From assembly GCA_012799185.1 (NCBI GenBank), contig JAAZLS010000074.1, positions 781-64,780 on the forward strand: a DNA stretch of 64,000 nt, read 5' to 3'. The notes beneath the pieces are model-generated. The model saw only the letters and a list, made by a program, of their open reading frames with translations, was not told the origin of the DNA and searched no databases. Each line of letters begins with the position of its first letter. Within the stretch, counting starts at the first letter, position 1. This document shows positions 20,193 to 28,540 of the stretch, piece by piece. Source of the DNA: Bacillota bacterium (lineage in GTDB: Bacteria > Bacillota > Dethiobacteria > DTU022). Both the position numbers and the translations under genes were made by a program.

Positions 20193-20407
20193 ATATTCAC
20201 CCCTTTTTCTGTTAAATACGCCCGCAGGCTTTTGCGCAGACGGAACATTCGCCCGGCCAGCTTATTTGGCGCAGTATCTAATTTGCCTACAGTAAGCATG
20301 GCGTTTGGTCCCATCATTGTAGCTTTCAGGAATTCAACATTTTTATCACTGGACATAAACCGATCAGTAAATGGATACATGGTGTTCACCCTTTCCAACT
20401 TCGGCAC
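20189..20407 (-). CDS. Small ORF whose C-terminus weakly resembles the sigma-70 region-4 recognition helix
   Basis: GTG start; 72 aa. NKLAGRMFRLRKSLRAYL resembles the TVKSRLHRARKKLREYL-type helix. There is no region-2 equivalent, and the upstream in-frame extension is at most about 30 codons. Confidence 0.3.
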   Translation of the reverse strand: MPKLERVNTMYPFTDRFMSSDKNVEFLKATMMGPNAMLTVGKLDTAPNKLAGRMFRLRKSLRAYLTEKGVNI

Positions 20408-20573
20408 ACAAAATGGCCGCTCCCCTACTACTTCCCCATAGTTAGCGCTACAAGGGGTAAGTTTGACAGTAGTTGCTGCAATGGCCTTCTTTCTCTACAA
20501 AAACAGGGAATTCCTCTTTGCAACTAGCAGTGTAAACTCCTTTTTTGCCACAAAACCCTCATAATCCGCCGGA

Positions 20574-20900
20574 TCAAGTCAAAGTATTTGCGGTAAATTC
20601 ATCCGCCTTATCCTCTGCTTCACCTTTAGCAAAATCGTAGTCAACTAGCTTATCCTCGATATCACCATTTATGATGTGACCAATTTCGTGGAAAAATGTG
20701 AACCAAAACATATCGGCAAATTTCCGCCTTGTAGTCATAAGCAAGTTTAAGGTGCTATCATCATTCTTTTTAATCACGCCTTGGACAGGAGCGCCCCTAA
20801 AGTTTTTGACAATAGAAAACTTAATGCCGCACTCAGCCAGATAGGTTTTTAATCGGGATTGGACATCGGCCACATCTTCAAACATCAGTTCTTTAATCAA
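20574..20900 (-). CDS. ImmA/IrrE-family metallopeptidase-like protein (short, possibly a remnant)
   Basis: HEIGH zinc-binding motif inside FFHEIGHIINGD. 108 aa is shorter than typical ImmA. No cognate XRE-family regulator is adjacent. Confidence 0.5.
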   Translation of the reverse strand: MIKELMFEDVADVQSRLKTYLAECGIKFSIVKNFRGAPVQGVIKKNDDSTLNLLMTTRRKFADMFWFTFFHEIGHIINGDIEDKLVDYDFAKGEAEDKADEFTANTLT

Positions 20901-20913
20901 AGGGATCTTATCC

Positions 20914-21000
20914 TATATTTTGTACCTGGTGAAAATGATAGGGGTGAAGATTATTATAATTCACTAACTGAAGTACCCCATATTTTTGGGCCTATTGGTG
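20914..21000 (+). repeat. 87-bp direct repeat, copy A (about 96% identical to copy B at 23144-23230); derived from a metallophosphoesterase coding fragment
   Basis: Aligned by eye with 3 mismatches over 87 bp. Encodes YFVPGENDRGEDYYNSLTEVPHIFGPIG. Confidence 0.7.
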
Positions 21001-21021
21001 GGTGCAAAATTAAAATGGGGG

Positions 21022-21085
21022 GGCACAATATCCTTTTGCTTGAAGCCCTTACCTTGAGCCTTTCCTAACCTATCCCATAACAAAA
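21022..21085 (+). repeat. Degenerate copy (about 70-75% identity) of the ssrA 3'-flank/terminator region found at 24534-24604
   Basis: Shared blocks ATATCCT..TGCTTGAAG..CTTACC..AGCC..TTT..AACAAAAAACCCGC occur in the same order. Confidence 0.45.
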
Positions 21086-21132
21086 AACCCGCTACGGGAG
21101 CACAAGGGGACAGACACAGGGGGACTGTCCCC
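21080..21132 (-). terminator. Tandem hairpins plus T-tract terminating the PadR-cassette operon
   Basis: GGGGACAG...CTGTCCCC 8-bp stem, then CCCGTAGCGGG followed by TTTTTTGTT on the minus strand. Confidence 0.4.
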
Positions 21133-21172
21133 ATTATTCCCAATAAATAATTCAGTAAAGCGACCCCTGTAT

Positions 21173-21760
21173 TTAGAATATATCATCCGGCATGATATAA
21201 GGCTGGATGGCGAAGCTCTCTGCGATAAAGGATTTAACGTAGGACCGGTCTTTCAGGGGGCGCTGGACCATTTCCGCCCACTTTTCTTCATTTTGGAGGG
21301 CCGAAAGGTCCAGGCCGTAGCAGCCTTCCAGCACGCAGCGGGATATGGTATAGGAAATTCCCTGGTAATTTAAAACCAGGGTATCCAGATTACCGATCAG
21401 CACGAAATTGGCGGTGGCAGCATAGATCAGGGCCTGTTCAAAAAGCCCTTCCTCGAATTCAGTCGGGGTAGCCTGATAATAGATCTCGGCCATTAGACTA
21501 TCGGGATGGAGCTGAAATCTTTTCGGGATTTCCCCCAACGGCAAATTGGCGTTCAAGTTGGCCAGATTGGAGGCATCGCCCATGTAGGGGCTTTTGAATT
21601 TTAGCAGCCTGCCAAAATCATGGGTCAGGGGATCCGCCTGCTCAGCAATGTAGCGCTCCTCCTGCGCTTTCATCCGCGGTTTGATGTACCCCTCTACCAA
21701 AACCAGTCCCAGAATTCCCACCGCCACAAGCAAGATGATCAGGATATTTCTTTTTCTCAT
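21173..21760 (-). CDS. Hypothetical signal-anchored protein, third gene of the PadR cassette
   Basis: Probable start MRKRNILIILLVAVGILGL (N-terminal TM). No identifiable motifs. Confidence 0.5.
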   Translation of the reverse strand: MRKRNILIILLVAVGILGLVLVEGYIKPRMKAQEERYIAEQADPLTHDFGRLLKFKSPYMGDASNLANLNANLPLGEIPKRFQLHPDSLMAEIYYQATPTEFEEGLFEQALIYAATANFVLIGNLDTLVLNYQGISYTISRCVLEGCYGLDLSALQNEEKWAEMVQRPLKDRSYVKSFIAESFAIQPYIMPDDIF

Positions 21761-21761
21761 T

Positions 21762-22445
21762 TTATTCTTCCTTCCCGTGTTTCTCCGCCAGGGCGCAGGC
21801 TTTGCCAAAGAGCAGGGGGATAATCAGGGTGAGCAGGGGCAGTGCGTAGTTCAGAACGATCAGCGCAAACTGGTAAGGCCCCCCGACATGGGGGAAGCGG
21901 CCGAACCAGAGATTGCTGCCGAAGTACTTGAGCGTGTTCAAAACAGCGCTCAGCGCCATGTAAAGGATCCAGATCAGCCAGGCTGCTTTGCGGAAAAGGT
22001 GCAGCCTTTTTGAATTCAGGGGCGCAGCGGCCTCCCGGGATTCGCCCTTCATGCGGAATGAGCCTAAAAGAAACAAAATCCCCAGGATGAGCAAGATCAG
22101 GGCGAGGGCCGTATTGACAAAGATCCCCGTGGGCAAAATCCGGGCGGGGATGGTCGCCAACCAGGCGATCAGGAGGTAAAGAAGGGCGCTCTGCAGCAGC
22201 TCCAGGCGGAAGCGGTTTATGTAAACCGGCTTCCGATCCGGCAGCAGATCATCAACCGAATCGAGGGAGCCCTTCGCTTTGGAAAGCGCCTCCTCGTAAA
22301 CCAATCCCTGCTCCAGATAGTCCGCCAGCCGGGCTTCCAGATTCCCCAAGACCTCATTTTTCAATTCCCTTGACTCGGCGCTCTTGTGTCCGGCAAAGAG
22401 CCGATCCACATAATTTTTTAGATCATCTCTCGAATTATCTGCCAT
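21762..22445 (-). CDS. PadR-associated membrane protein (DUF1700-like: N-terminal helical cytoplasmic domain plus C-terminal TM segments)
   Basis: 227 aa. The N-terminal charged helical region (DDLKNYVDRLF...EEALSKAKGSL) is followed by 3-4 TM segments. It overlaps the stop of the PadR gene. Confidence 0.55.
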   Translation of the reverse strand: MADNSRDDLKNYVDRLFAGHKSAESRELKNEVLGNLEARLADYLEQGLVYEEALSKAKGSLDSVDDLLPDRKPVYINRFRLELLQSALLYLLIAWLATIPARILPTGIFVNTALALILLILGILFLLGSFRMKGESREAAAPLNSKRLHLFRKAAWLIWILYMALSAVLNTLKYFGSNLWFGRFPHVGGPYQFALIVLNYALPLLTLIIPLLFGKACALAEKHGKEE

Positions 22446-22797
22446 CTGTCTGCTCCTCCTCCGGCTGCCGGATCAGGCGATCGATCAGATTTCGCGCCGA
22501 TCGCCATGCCTTCAGGTTTTCAATGAATTGGGTCCGGCCCGCTTCCGTGACCCGATAATATTTTCTGCGCCCCCCCTGGGTCTCCTCGCCCCAGTAGGAT
22601 TCCAGGGCGCCCTGGGTCTCCAGGCGGCGCAGCGCGGAATAAAGGGTGGGCTCTTTTAGTTCAAATTCCCCGCTGCTTTTCAAATAGATCTCCTTGATGA
22701 TCTGATAACCGTAATTGTCCTCCTTCTGCAGCACGCTCAAAATAATGGTGTCGATACTTCCCCGCACCAGATCGCTGTTCAATGCGGATTCAGCCAT
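22435..22797 (-). CDS. PadR family transcriptional regulator
   Basis: 120 aa winged-HTH with the PadR hallmarks GSIDTIILSVL...NYGYQIIKEI...EPTLYSALRRLE..G. Confidence 0.85.
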   Translation of the reverse strand: MAESALNSDLVRGSIDTIILSVLQKEDNYGYQIIKEIYLKSSGEFELKEPTLYSALRRLETQGALESYWGEETQGGRRKYYRVTEAGRTQFIENLKAWRSARNLIDRLIRQPEEEQTDGR

Positions 22798-22827
22798 AAA
22801 ATCACCTCGCTGTCCCTTGTAAATAGC

Positions 22828-22856
22828 AATGTATCACGTATTACTATGTGTGTCAA
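22828..22856 (-). promoter_or_regulatory. Sigma-A-type promoter TTGACA-17-TACATT upstream of the PadR gene
   Basis: Minus-strand reading gives -35 at 22856-22851 and -10 at 22833-22828, with RBS GAGGTGA before the ATG. Confidence 0.4.
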
Positions 22857-22915
22857 TATACTATTTGTAATCTATCTTTGTCCGGTGATATTATCGCCAC
22901 TAGAATGCCCAGTAA

Positions 22916-23233
22916 GTGTTATTTTGGTGGTTTGAAAATTTCACTTTAAAGGTTACTAACAAAAAAATATGTGGTTCAAAAGTTAACAACGAAATTAAAA
23001 TCGTGCATTTAACCGATCTGCATGGTGCTGAATTTGGGAAAAACAATAAATCTCTTATTAGTAAAGTTAGTATACTTTTGGCAAGGACCATGAAAAGAAA
23101 ACAGCAATCAATCTAATGGCGGAACTGGCTCAAACAGTTCCGGTATATTTTGTACCTGGTGAAAATGATAGAAGTGAAGATTATTATAATTCACTAACTG
23201 AAGTACCCCATATTTTTGGACCTATTGGTGTGG
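22916..23233 (+). pseudogene. Fragmented calcineurin-like metallophosphoesterase gene
   Basis: The N-terminal fragment IKIVHLTDLHGAEFG (GDxHG-type motif) and the downstream fragment VPVYFVPGENDRSEDYY (GNHD-block-like) lie in different frames, separated by a stop. The second fragment is repeat copy B (23144-23230). Confidence 0.5.
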
Positions 23234-23462
23234 GATGCCCTCAGCAGTGAGATGTTTGGAGATGGCTCATATTACCCCGAAGCTACACCGATTAAGCATG
23301 AATGCTACGCTGTGTCAAAATGGTTGGTTCCTGAAGTTGAACATACAATATATTACTGTTATTCCTGCTCGGCCCTTTTCATAATACCCTTACAAAAATG
23401 CAGTAGCCCTGGCGCTGGCCCGGTTTCCCCTCAGAAAAGCCCCTAAGATTATCACCTACCTG

Positions 23463-24434
23463 TTGTGGGCGGTAGCAGGTTTCCGGCTGGTGTTCCCTTT
23501 CCCCATCCGGGGTTTATTTAGCCTGCTTCCCTTTAATTCCGCCCCCATCCCGCTGGATCTAGCCGCGCGGGCAATCCCGCAGATCGAGAGCGGAATCTCC
23601 CTCATCGACAAAGCCGTCAGCAGCGCCCTCCCCGCCGCTTTGCCCGCTGTAGGAGTCAGTCCGTTACAGACCTGGCTGACGATCGGCTCATCCATCTGGC
23701 TGGCCGGGGTTATGATTATGTTGCTCTACAGCATCCTCACCATAATCCGGTTGAAGCGGCAACTGCGCTCTGCGGTAAATGTTGAGGATAATATCCATGA
23801 AACAGCCAATCTTAAAACCCCGTTTGTAATCGGGCTGCTTCACCCGCAAATCTTTATCCCGGCCGGGTTGGACCCAGAAGAGCGCCGTTACATAATTTTA
23901 CATGAGCAGATACATATCAGGCGGCACGATCCGGCCATAAAAATATTGGCTTATTTTATACTCTCCCTCCATTGGTTCAACCCCCTTGCCTAGCTGGCTT
24001 TCCTGCTGATGAGCACCGATATGGAAATGTCCTGCGATGAACGAGTGCTAGGAGAGCTGGGCAGCCAGATAAAAATCGCTTACTCCCGGTCACTGATCTG
24101 CCTGGCAGCGGGAAAACCTATATTTAACGGCAGTCCCCTCGCCTTTGGGGAAGGCCGAATGAAAGAAAGGATTGATAACGTGTTGAATTTTAAGAAACCT
24201 TCGAGGGTGAGCATCATTTTTGCCGTTATTCTAGTAGCAGCTCTAGGACTTGGACTGACACTCAACCGTGATTTTCGGGAACCGGTCGGGCCCGGTGAAA
24301 TTAACCGAAATACACCCGGGCTGACCATCACCACCCCCCGCGATCTTTATTCCCCGACTATGAGCTCCATCTTCGGCTTTGAGCTAGTGGTGCAGGAAAA
24401 TATTTATGAACAACTGAAGCGCTATGTTAAATAG
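23463..24434 (+). pseudogene. BlaR1/MecR1-type M56 peptidase-domain gene, 5'-truncated and interrupted by an in-frame TAG (23991-23993)
   Basis: The HEQIHIRRHD (HExxH...) motif is followed, after the in-frame amber codon, by the M56-typical EMSCDERVL block in the same frame. The N-terminal TM1 is not encoded in frame upstream. No BlaI-like repressor is adjacent. Confidence 0.6.
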
Positions 24435-24589
24435 TCCTCAAAAAGGGACTATTTTGCTTTAGACCCCGCCCTTTACCGGTGTGAAATCCCCCGTTTTGCG
24501 CCCGTCACCTAAACTTATGCACAAAAACACATGGGAGCGATATCCTGGTGCTTGAAGTTCTTACCCTAAGCCCTTTAAGCCCCTTCGGC

Positions 24590-24618
24590 AACAAAAAACC
24601 CGCCATTTACGGCGGGCC
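24590..24618 (-). terminator. Rho-independent terminator of ssrA (GCCCGCCGTAAATGGCGGG + TTTTTTGTT)
   Basis: Hairpin plus T-tract about 30 nt downstream of the tmRNA 3' CCA, read on the minus strand. Confidence 0.55.
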
Positions 24619-24647
24619 GAGATTGTATCAATTCCTGTTACTTAATA

Positions 24648-25001
24648 TGGTGGAGGCGGCGGGAATCGAACCCGCGTCCGAAAGCCCGGTTATAGAAACT
24701 TCTACAGGTTTAGCCCCCGGTTCATTCTTGCCCTGCCGGATCCCCGGAGCCCGATCCTTTCAGGGCCAGCTTCGTTAGAATTCCCCCGGTGGTGGTGAAG
24801 CAACCGCCCCCGAGGTAGACCGGCTTAGTGACGCTCCCATCCTCCCCCCCGGCCAGGGAAAGGGGGGAACGCGCTACTTTTAACTAAGCAGCGTAAGCTA
24901 AATTATCGTTGGCGTTTATAGCCGTTCCATGTTTTTACCAGGCCATGGTCCTGGACCTGCCGTTCCTATCTCCTAAACCCTCGTCGAATCCTTACGCCCC
25001 C
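24648..25001 (-). ncRNA. ssrA: tmRNA (SsrA), 354 nt
   Basis: 5' GGGGGCGTAAGGATTCGACG and 3' GGGTTCGATTCCCGCCGCCTCCACCA tRNA-like ends with a G3:U70 pair. The internal tag ORF GCC AAC GAT AAT TTA GCT TAC GCT GCT TAG encodes (A)ANDNLAYAA. Lies adjacent to smpB. Confidence 0.85.
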
Positions 25002-25031
25002 ATATCTTAATAGCTCATTATATTAATTTGC

Positions 25032-25493
25032 TTAACGGTAACTTCTTTCTTTTAAAGCCCTTTCCGCCTCCCGCTGGCTTTCCTTTTCCCGAAGGACCTG
25101 CCTCTTATCATACATCCTTTTCCCCCGGGCCAGGGCCAGCTCTACTTTAACCAGGCCGCCTTTCAGGTAAATCCTAAGCGGCACCAGGGTATATCCTTTC
25201 TCCCTTACCCTACCATCCAGCCGGTCGATCTCCCGGCGGTGCATCAGAAGCTTCCGCCGGCGCAACGGATCGTGGTTAAAACGGTTGCCGGGATCGTAGG
25301 GGCTGATGTGAACGTTACATAAAAACAGCTCGCCGTCATCAACCTGGGCATACCCGTCTTTAAGATTTACCCGGGCCTGGCGCACCGACTTGACCTCAGT
25401 CCCGGTTAGAACAATCCCCGCTTCGTAACTCTCATCAATAAAATAGTTATGGTAGGCCTTGCGGTTCCGGCTGATTACTTTTACTTTTTCCAC
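25032..25493 (-). CDS. smpB: SsrA-binding protein SmpB
   Basis: 153 aa. The sequence ([13 protein letters not shown]...GTEVKS...) is SmpB-typical. Synteny rnr-smpB-ssrA. Confidence 0.9.
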   Translation of the reverse strand: MEKVKVISRNRKAYHNYFIDESYEAGIVLTGTEVKSVRQARVNLKDGYAQVDDGELFLCNVHISPYDPGNRFNHDPLRRRKLLMHRREIDRLDGRVREKGYTLVPLRIYLKGGLVKVELALARGKRMYDKRQVLREKESQREAERALKERSYR

Positions 25494-25686
25494 CTGTTAT
25501 TCCCCACCATTTTGTGCACCATGCACGGTCGGGCCGATAAATCAACCCTATCGATCCAGTTGGCATTACACGGATCAAATAGGGCTGTCTGCGTTCCCTC
25601 CATGAAAATAATAACATACCCGGTAACCGGCTGTCAACAATCGATTAAACCTTCTTGCAACTTGGGGAGCCGTTATCTTCCCCCCC

Positions 25687-27822
25687 TCATTTCACCAGGC
25701 TAAAGGTAATATTGCCATCCCGCCGGCTGGTCCGCTCTACCCGAACCCGTACCTCATCACCCATTCGGTAAATTTTTCGGCGCCGTTTCCCGATTAGAGA
25801 GGCCTGCTTTTCCATGTACACATAGTAATCATCATCCAGATCGCTAAGGGGAATCATTCCCTCGACCGTGTTTTCCAGCTCTACAAACATTCCAAAATTG
25901 GTTATTCCACTAATGATGCCACTGAATTCCTCCCCGATCTTGTTTTCCATGTACAGGGCTTTCGCCAGGTCCTCATCGGCTCTCTCCGCCTCCATGGCCA
26001 GCCGCTCCCGTTCAGAGGAGTGGCGGGCAATCTCCGGTAGGCGAGATTGCAAGAAGGATCGCCGTTTAGCCGAGATATTTGCCGCCAACCCGTATTCACT
26101 TAGTAACCGGTGAACCATCAAATCCGGATAGCGGCGAATAGGGGCGGTAAAGTGAGTATAACAGGGGGAGGCCAGTCCAAAATGCCCCTCATTGGCAGCA
26201 CTGTAACGAGCCTGGGCCAATGAACGTAATAACAGGTATTTGAGCAATCGTTCTTCCTTTTGCCCTTTTGATCTCGCCAGTAGTTGATTCAGCTGGTGCT
26301 GGGTAATCTGGCCCGGTTTACCCGGTAACTGGTATCCTAAGAAACTAATTGCTTCTTTGAATGCCTTTATTTTCTCTTCTTCGGGAACACCATGGGCCCG
26401 GTATAGCCCGGGTAATTTTTTTTGGTTAAAATGGGCGGCGATCGCTTCGTTGCAAAGAATCATGAACTCTTCGATCAAGGATTCAGCCCGGCCTTGATTC
26501 CGCCGTTCGATGCTGATCGGATAACCCCGCCGGTCCAGTTTGATCTCTGCCTCCGGGAGGTCCAGATCCAGGGCTCCCCTCTGTAGGCGTCGTTCTCTTA
26601 AAGCCCCGGCCAGCCGGTCCATATTACTGATGCGTTCCATTATCTTTTCCCGGCCCCTACTGTAACCACTATTTTCCAGATAGGATTGAACCTGCCGATA
26701 GGTCAGGCGCTGCTTTACCTTAATCACGCTAGGAAAATACCGGTAACCAAAGAGTTTCCCCTCTTGGTTAATATCCATCAATACTGTTAGCGCCAGCCTC
26801 TCCTTGCCGGCCTGCAGGCTGCACAACTGTTCGGAGAGTAGGGGGGGCAACATGGGCAGGGCCCGGTCTACCAAGTAGATACTACAACCCCGGTTATAGG
26901 CCTCTTTATCCAATGGCCCGCCCTCACGGATGTAGAAAGATACATCGGCGATATGCACACCCAGCTGGTAACGCCCGGGGGCCGGCCCCTTTTCCAAGGA
27001 GATCGCATCGTCAAAATCCCGGGCCGTTTCACCGTCGATAGTAACAGTAAATAGATCCCGTAGATCCCGCCGTCCCTGTTCCCGGGCAATCTCCCCAATT
27101 CTATCTTCCCCGGGAAGGCTCTTTAGTTCCTTTATTACTTCTTTCGGGAATTCCCCGGGCAGGTTAAATTTATACCGGATCGATTTCTGGTGAGCCTGGA
27201 TGGAGTCGGCCGGTCCAAGTTTTTCCACTACCCTCCCCTGTATCTTCTGCCCGGCTTCGCCCCAGTGATCAATTTTGACCGCTACCTTCTCACCGGAGTA
27301 GGTTCCTTTTAGGTCCCTGGCAGAGACCTCCACAGCCTGGGGCAGGCAGCGTTCATCGGGCACTACATAGCAACGCCTTCCTTTACGTTCTAGGGTCCCC
27401 ACCAGCCGGTTGCTTCCCCGCTTTAAAATCGAGGTTACCTCCCCTTCCTCCCGGCGCCCCCGACTATTTTTGCCAAGCCGAACCAGTACCCGATCCCTAT
27501 GGACCGCTCCCCTCAGGTGGCGGGCCTTAATATAGATATCCTCCCTCCCGGAAAGATCCGGTTTTAAAAAAGCAAAACCCCGGCGGTTACCCTGTATGGT
27601 ACCGGTTATATAACTGGCTCCCCGCTTGGTGCCAGAGGCAGCTATAAACCCCCGGGATAGTAGCTTCCCCAGTTGCTGCTTTAATGCTGACCGGTCTTCA
27701 CCCGGTAGTATTATTGAATTTACCAGCTGGTCATAGGTTAATGCTCTTTTCCTGGGCCGGGAAAGGGTACGCATTAGCCTTGGTGCAAGTAAAGGCTGTT
27801 TTCTGTTCTTCTTTAACTTCAT
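25687..27822 (-). CDS. rnr: Ribonuclease R
   Basis: 711 aa with an RNB catalytic domain plus a C-terminal S1 domain (GIISGITNFGMFVEL). Conserved position between secG and smpB. Confidence 0.9.
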   Translation of the reverse strand: MKLKKNRKQPLLAPRLMRTLSRPRKRALTYDQLVNSIILPGEDRSALKQQLGKLLSRGFIAASGTKRGASYITGTIQGNRRGFAFLKPDLSGREDIYIKARHLRGAVHRDRVLVRLGKNSRGRREEGEVTSILKRGSNRLVGTLERKGRRCYVVPDERCLPQAVEVSARDLKGTYSGEKVAVKIDHWGEAGQKIQGRVVEKLGPADSIQAHQKSIRYKFNLPGEFPKEVIKELKSLPGEDRIGEIAREQGRRDLRDLFTVTIDGETARDFDDAISLEKGPAPGRYQLGVHIADVSFYIREGGPLDKEAYNRGCSIYLVDRALPMLPPLLSEQLCSLQAGKERLALTVLMDINQEGKLFGYRYFPSVIKVKQRLTYRQVQSYLENSGYSRGREKIMERISNMDRLAGALRERRLQRGALDLDLPEAEIKLDRRGYPISIERRNQGRAESLIEEFMILCNEAIAAHFNQKKLPGLYRAHGVPEEEKIKAFKEAISFLGYQLPGKPGQITQHQLNQLLARSKGQKEERLLKYLLLRSLAQARYSAANEGHFGLASPCYTHFTAPIRRYPDLMVHRLLSEYGLAANISAKRRSFLQSRLPEIARHSSERERLAMEAERADEDLAKALYMENKIGEEFSGIISGITNFGMFVELENTVEGMIPLSDLDDDYYVYMEKQASLIGKRRRKIYRMGDEVRVRVERTSRRDGNITFSLVK

Positions 27823-27823
27823 C

Positions 27824-28390
27824 CTACAGGCCCAACTCCCGGGCGATCCCCTGCATAGCAGCCAGGCTAATCGCGATAAATTCTTCCAGGGAAAGCCCCA
27901 GGTGGCGACAGCTCTTAATTTGCTCCCGATCGGCCCCCCGGGCGAAGCTTTTCTCCTTAAACCGGTTCATTACAAAAGCTCCATCGATAGCGGACATTTT
28001 TTTCTGGGGATGGACCAGGGCCGCCGCTACCAGCAACCCGGTAATCGGATCTACCGCATAGAGGGCCTTATCCAGTAGAGTCTTTCGCTCCACACCTACG
28101 GCGGGATTGTGGGCCTTTACCGCCTGGACCAGCTCCGCCGGCAACCCTTTATCCTCCAGGATGCGAGCACCAACCAGGCCATGCTGTTCCGGCTGATCGG
28201 CGGTTTGATCATAGTCTAGATCATGCAGTAGACCGGCCAAGGCCCAGAGGGACTCATCCTGATTAAACTTACGGGCCAGAGCAGCCATTACCGCTTCGGT
28301 GGCCAGCATATGTTTTATTAAATTTTTATTTTTCACCCGGCTCTTTACCAGGGCCAGGGCACTTTCTCTATCCACAAACTTCCTCCTCAT
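27824..28390 (-). CDS. HD-domain (HDIG) phosphohydrolase
   Basis: 188 aa with H..HMLATEAV ... LAGLLHDLDY metal-binding motifs. Confidence 0.7.
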   Translation of the reverse strand: MRRKFVDRESALALVKSRVKNKNLIKHMLATEAVMAALARKFNQDESLWALAGLLHDLDYDQTADQPEQHGLVGARILEDKGLPAELVQAVKAHNPAVGVERKTLLDKALYAVDPITGLLVAAALVHPQKKMSAIDGAFVMNRFKEKSFARGADREQIKSCRHLGLSLEEFIAISLAAMQGIARELGL

Positions 28391-28540
28391 TAATTGTTAC
28401 TTTAGTTATAATAGCCTATATTAGTAAAAAAAAACAGGCATAGAGAGACACAGGGAATGGAAATGGCAAAACCGGGCTTGTCCGGCATTTATGGAAGAGC
28501 CCGGGAGGCAACCCTAGATCTTTAGGTAACAGGAAACCAG

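Larger units (their letters stand above)
20574..24647. other. ssrA-adjacent accessory/decay zone (ImmA-like remnant, tandem imperfect repeats, PadR cassette, phosphoesterase fragments, M56 pseudogene)
   Basis: The decay signatures listed here lie immediately 3' of ssrA, and tmRNA is a classical island-integration site. No integrase is present. Confidence 0.35.

Noticed and set aside
20914-23230. 87-bp repeats as terminal inverted repeats / target-site duplication of an IS element
   Set aside because: The repeats are direct, not inverted. They are too long for a TSD. They are coding-sequence derived. No transposase gene lies between them.
23991-23993. In-frame TAG in the M56 gene as a pyrrolysine codon
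   Set aside because: There is no pyl machinery in the window. The gene family is not known to use Pyl. The same gene also lacks its N-terminus and lies in a zone full of fragments. Pseudogene is far more parsimonious.
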